Made by a program: the position numbers and the translations under genes
Notes under the pieces: model-generated
The model's database searches: none
Told to the model about the DNA's origin: nothing
What the model saw: only the letters and a program-made list of their open reading frames with translations
Source: an uncultured Mycobacterium sp.
Lineage (GTDB): Bacteria; Actinomycetota; Actinomycetes; Mycobacteriales; Mycobacteriaceae
Reading direction: 5' to 3'
Assembly: GCA_964590745.1 (NCBI GenBank)
Contig: CAZPZQ010000001.1
Span: 1 to 47,697, forward strand
DNA: 47,697 bases
Shown: positions 45,116 to 47,697 of the stretch, piece by piece
How the letters are laid out: each line of letters starts with the position of its first letter
How positions within the stretch are numbered: position 1 is the stretch's first letter

Positions 45116-45841
45116 GTGTTAGTTTCGCGGCGCGACATCCTCAAAGCGGTCGCCGCTGCGCCGGTGCTGGCCGGATTCGGGACCGCGGCAGCAGCGTCGG
45201 TGTGCCCGGCGCCGGCCTCGGCCGCTCCGTTGGGCATCCTGTTGGACTACGCGGCCGGGGTGATCCCAGCCCGTGAGATCAGGGCCGCCGGTGCCGCGGG
45301 CGCCATCCGGTACGTGTCCGACCGCCGGCCAGGTGGGTCGTGGATGCTGGGCAAGCCCATCCAGTTGCCCGAGGCGCGCGACCTGCACGGCAACGGCCTC
45401 AAGATCGTCTCCTGCTACCAATACGGAAAGCAGGACACCGCCGACTGGCTGGGCGGCCTCAACGCCGGCGTCGCACACGCCAAACGCGGGTGGCAGTTGC
45501 ACACCGCCGCCGGTGGACCGGCCACTGCTCCGGTTTACGCATCGATCGACGACGATCCGTCGTACCAGCAGTACCACCAGCAAGTAGCCCCCTACCTGCG
45601 CGGTTGGGAGTCGGTGGTCGGTCACCAACGGTTAGGGGTGTACGCCAACTCGCGCACCATCGACTGGGCACTGCAAGACGGTCTGGGCTCCTACTTCTGG
45701 CAGCACAACTGGGGCTCGCCCAAGGGATTCAGCCACCCGGCCGCCAACCTGCACCAGGTCGAAATCGACAAGCGCAAAGTCGGCGGCGTCGGGGTCGACA
45801 TCAACCACATCCTCAAGCCCCAGTTCGGTCAATGGGCTTGA
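45116..45841 (+). CDS. Tat-exported DUF1906 glycoside hydrolase-like protein (Rv2525c homolog)
   Basis: SRRDILK twin-arginine signal, LLDYAAG, RYVSDRRPG, WQHNWGS; TATCCT-N7-GTG leaderless start; upstream of fas. Confidence 0.92.
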   Translation: MLVSRRDILKAVAAAPVLAGFGTAAAASVCPAPASAAPLGILLDYAAGVIPAREIRAAGAAGAIRYVSDRRPGGSWMLGKPIQLPEARDLHGNGLKIVSCYQYGKQDTADWLGGLNAGVAHAKRGWQLHTAAGGPATAPVYASIDDDPSYQQYHQQVAPYLRGWESVVGHQRLGVYANSRTIDWALQDGLGSYFWQHNWGSPKGFSHPAANLHQVEIDKRKVGGVGVDINHILKPQFGQWA

Positions 45842-46045
45842 CCTGATTTGTCCGGCCGCCGGCATTCGGTCGGTGGGAGGTGAGATCCGGCCGACGAACG
45901 TCAATGACACCGTCGGACGGCCGGACTTGAACATAACGATTCGATAACAATACTGCCTTGATCTGCGCCGTTGTGCCTACTCAACCGTAACCGCCCGCAC
46001 GCAGGACGTTTGCCGCGGAGGTGTTCTGCGCCCGTTTCGCAGCGT

Positions 46046-46089
46046 GTTACCCAGCGCACGGTTACCCGAGCGTAGAACTCACCAGTAAC
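46046..46089. promoter_or_regulatory. FasR operator region of the fas promoter
   Basis: TACCCGAGCGTAGAACTCACCAGTA (46063-46087) closely resembles the M. tuberculosis FasR-binding sequence as I recall it; extra GTTACCC half-site at 46046. Confidence 0.7.
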
Positions 46090-46275
46090 CAATTTGCTGC
46101 TGAAACGGCACAGCTTCTTATGGGACTCTTATTGCTGCCGGTCCCCTGACGAGCAAGCGAAGCGCTGGGATTCCGCTGGGACTCGCAACTTCGCGACAAG
46201 GCCGAGGCGGGGACCGTTGACCGGATGAGCGGACGCGGGCCGACGTACACGAGCGAACAACGGGAGAAACATAAC

Positions 46276-47697
46276 GTGACGATCCACGAGCATGAGCGGG
46301 TATCGGCTGACCGCAACGGTGGTGGCGTCGAACCCCCGCAGCTCGGCAAAGCCCAGGTCGCCCTGGTGGATCGTCTCGCGTCCGGCGAGCCATACGCCGT
46401 CGCCTTCGGTGGTCAGGGCAGTCCCTGGCTGGAGACGTTGGAAGAACTCGTCTCATCGGCCGGGATCGAAGCCGAGTTGACCGACCTGGTCGGTGCGGCG
46501 GATCTTTTGTTGGAACCGATCGCCAAGGAACTCGTGGTGGTTCGCCCCATCGGCTTCGAACCGCTGCGCTGGGTGCGTGCGCTGGCCGCTGAAGACCCGG
46601 TTCCGTCGGCCAAGCAGCTGACCTCGGCTGCGGTATCGGTACCGGGCGTACTGCTCACCCAGATCGCGGCGGTGCGCGCGCTGGCCCGTCAGGGCATGGA
46701 CTTGTCGACCACCCCGCCCGTGGCTCTCGCCGGCCACTCGCAGGGCGTGCTGGCGGTCGAGTCGCTGAAAGCGGCCGGCAGCGCCGATGTTGAACTGCTC
46801 GCCATCGCCCAATTGGTGGGTGCGGCCGGGACTCTGGTCGCCCGGCGGCGCGGAATTTCAGTCCTGGGCGACCGCCCCCCGATGGTATCGGTGACCAACG
46901 TCGACCCGGAGCGCATGTATCAGCTGCTCGAAGAATTCGCCCAAGACGTCCGCACGGTGCTGCCGCCGGTGTTGTCCATCCGCAACGGTCGACGCGCGGT
47001 GGTCATCACCGGGACACCCGAGCAGCTGTCCCGATTCGAGTTGTACTGCCAGCAGATCGCGGACAAGGAGGCAGCCGACCGCAAGAACAAAGTTCGCGGC
47101 GGCGCGGTGTTCGCCCCGGCGTTCGAACCGGTGCAGGTCGAAGTCGGTTTCCATTCGCCCCGGTTGGCCGACGGCATCGATCTGGTCGGTGGCTGGGCCG
47201 AACAGGCGGGCTTTGACGCCGACGGAGTGGCGTTGGCCCGGGAAATGACCGAGGCCATCCTGGTGCGCCAGGTGGACTGGGTGGACGAGATCACCGGACT
47301 GCACACCGCCGGGGCACGCTGGATTCTCGACGTCGGGCCCGGCGACATCCTGACCCGGCTGACCGCGCCGGTCATCCGCGGCCTGGGTGTCGGTATCGTG
47401 CCGGTGGCCACCCGCGGCGGCCAGCGCAATCTTTTCACCGCCGGTGCGGTGCCCGAAGTGGCTCGGCCCTGGTCCAGCTACGCCCCGTCGGTGGTCCGCC
47501 TGCCGGACGGCCGGGTGAAACTGGACACCAAGTTCACCCGGCTGACCGGCCGGTCTCCGATCTTGCTGGCCGGCATGACCCCGACCACCGTCGACGCAAA
47601 AATCGTCGCCGCCGCTGCCAATGCCGGGCACTGGGCCGAACTTGCCGGCGGCGGGCAGGTAACCGAAGAGATCTTCGCTGACCGCATCGCCGAACTG
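46276..47697 (+). CDS. fas: Type I fatty acid synthase, N-terminal part (partial)
   Basis: GTG start MTIHEHERVSADR, AFGGQG, acetyltransferase GHSQG, LLAGMTPTTV, HWAELAGGGQ; runs off the window end. Confidence 0.97.
   Translation, partial: MTIHEHERVSADRNGGGVEPPQLGKAQVALVDRLASGEPYAVAFGGQGSPWLETLEELVSSAGIEAELTDLVGAADLLLEPIAKELVVVRPIGFEPLRWVRALAAEDPVPSAKQLTSAAVSVPGVLLTQIAAVRALARQGMDLSTTPPVALAGHSQGVLAVESLKAAGSADVELLAIAQLVGAAGTLVARRRGISVLGDRPPMVSVTNVDPERMYQLLEEFAQDVRTVLPPVLSIRNGRRAVVITGTPEQLSRFELYCQQIADKEAADRKNKVRGGAVFAPAFEPVQVEVGFHSPRLADGIDLVGGWAEQAGFDADGVALAREMTEAILVRQVDWVDEITGLHTAGARWILDVGPGDILTRLTAPVIRGLGVGIVPVATRGGQRNLFTAGAVPEVARPWSSYAPSVVRLPDGRVKLDTKFTRLTGRSPILLAGMTPTTVDAKIVAAAANAGHWAELAGGGQVTEEIFADRIAEL

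Noticed and set aside
45849-45927. GTCCGGCCG...CGGCCGGAC long hairpin as a possible ncRNA
   Set aside because: GC-rich inverted repeat just after the Rv2525c-like stop, adequately explained as a terminator-like structure; no recognisable RNA family features
46858-47631. Minus-strand ORFs at the window end
   Set aside because: Antisense to fas, which is missing from the ORF track only because it has no stop codon inside the window

Overview
High-GC Mycobacteriaceae chromosome segment. The left flank is core genome: rph 3' end, rdgB/HAM1, DUF3817 protein, lprD and tRNA-Leu(TAG). The right flank is an MFS transporter, a Tat-exported Rv2525c/DUF1906 homolog, and the 5' part of fas (FAS-I) with its FasR operator. 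Between them (~1.8-43.7 kb) lies a dense ~42 kb catabolic gene block for an unknown hydrophobic, CoA-activated substrate. It holds 2 cytochromes P450, 2 Rieske oxygenase alpha subunits, 1 Rieske ferredoxin, 4 'amidohydrolase_2' TIM barrels, 6 acyl-CoA dehydrogenase subunits (3 heteromeric pairs), 2 CoA ligases and 2 family III CoA transferases. It also holds a MaoC pair, an atypical crotonase, mycofactocin-type and LLM dehydrogenases, an orphan Mam pair, a lipocalin-like protein, a GntR/FadR regulator and a TetR-hotdog fusion. Main hunt results: (1) the 'amidohydrolases' carry ligand patterns of dinuclear-metal C-H oxygenases (an AibG/AibH1/AibH2-like operon and two PtmU3-like genes); (2) an AT-rich tandem 9-bp motif (CTAnnnTAG-like, 2-3 units) recurs in seven divergent promoters and ties the block into one putative regulon; (3) no thiolase and no ferredoxin reductase are present, but a His/Asp crotonase could cleave C-C bonds; (4) a MIRU-like 51-bp VNTR is fused in frame into a Mam gene. 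A DUF222-HNH gene with SOS/PafBC-type promoter elements and an amidase pseudogene are also present. All family calls come from motif recognition by eye; no searches were run.
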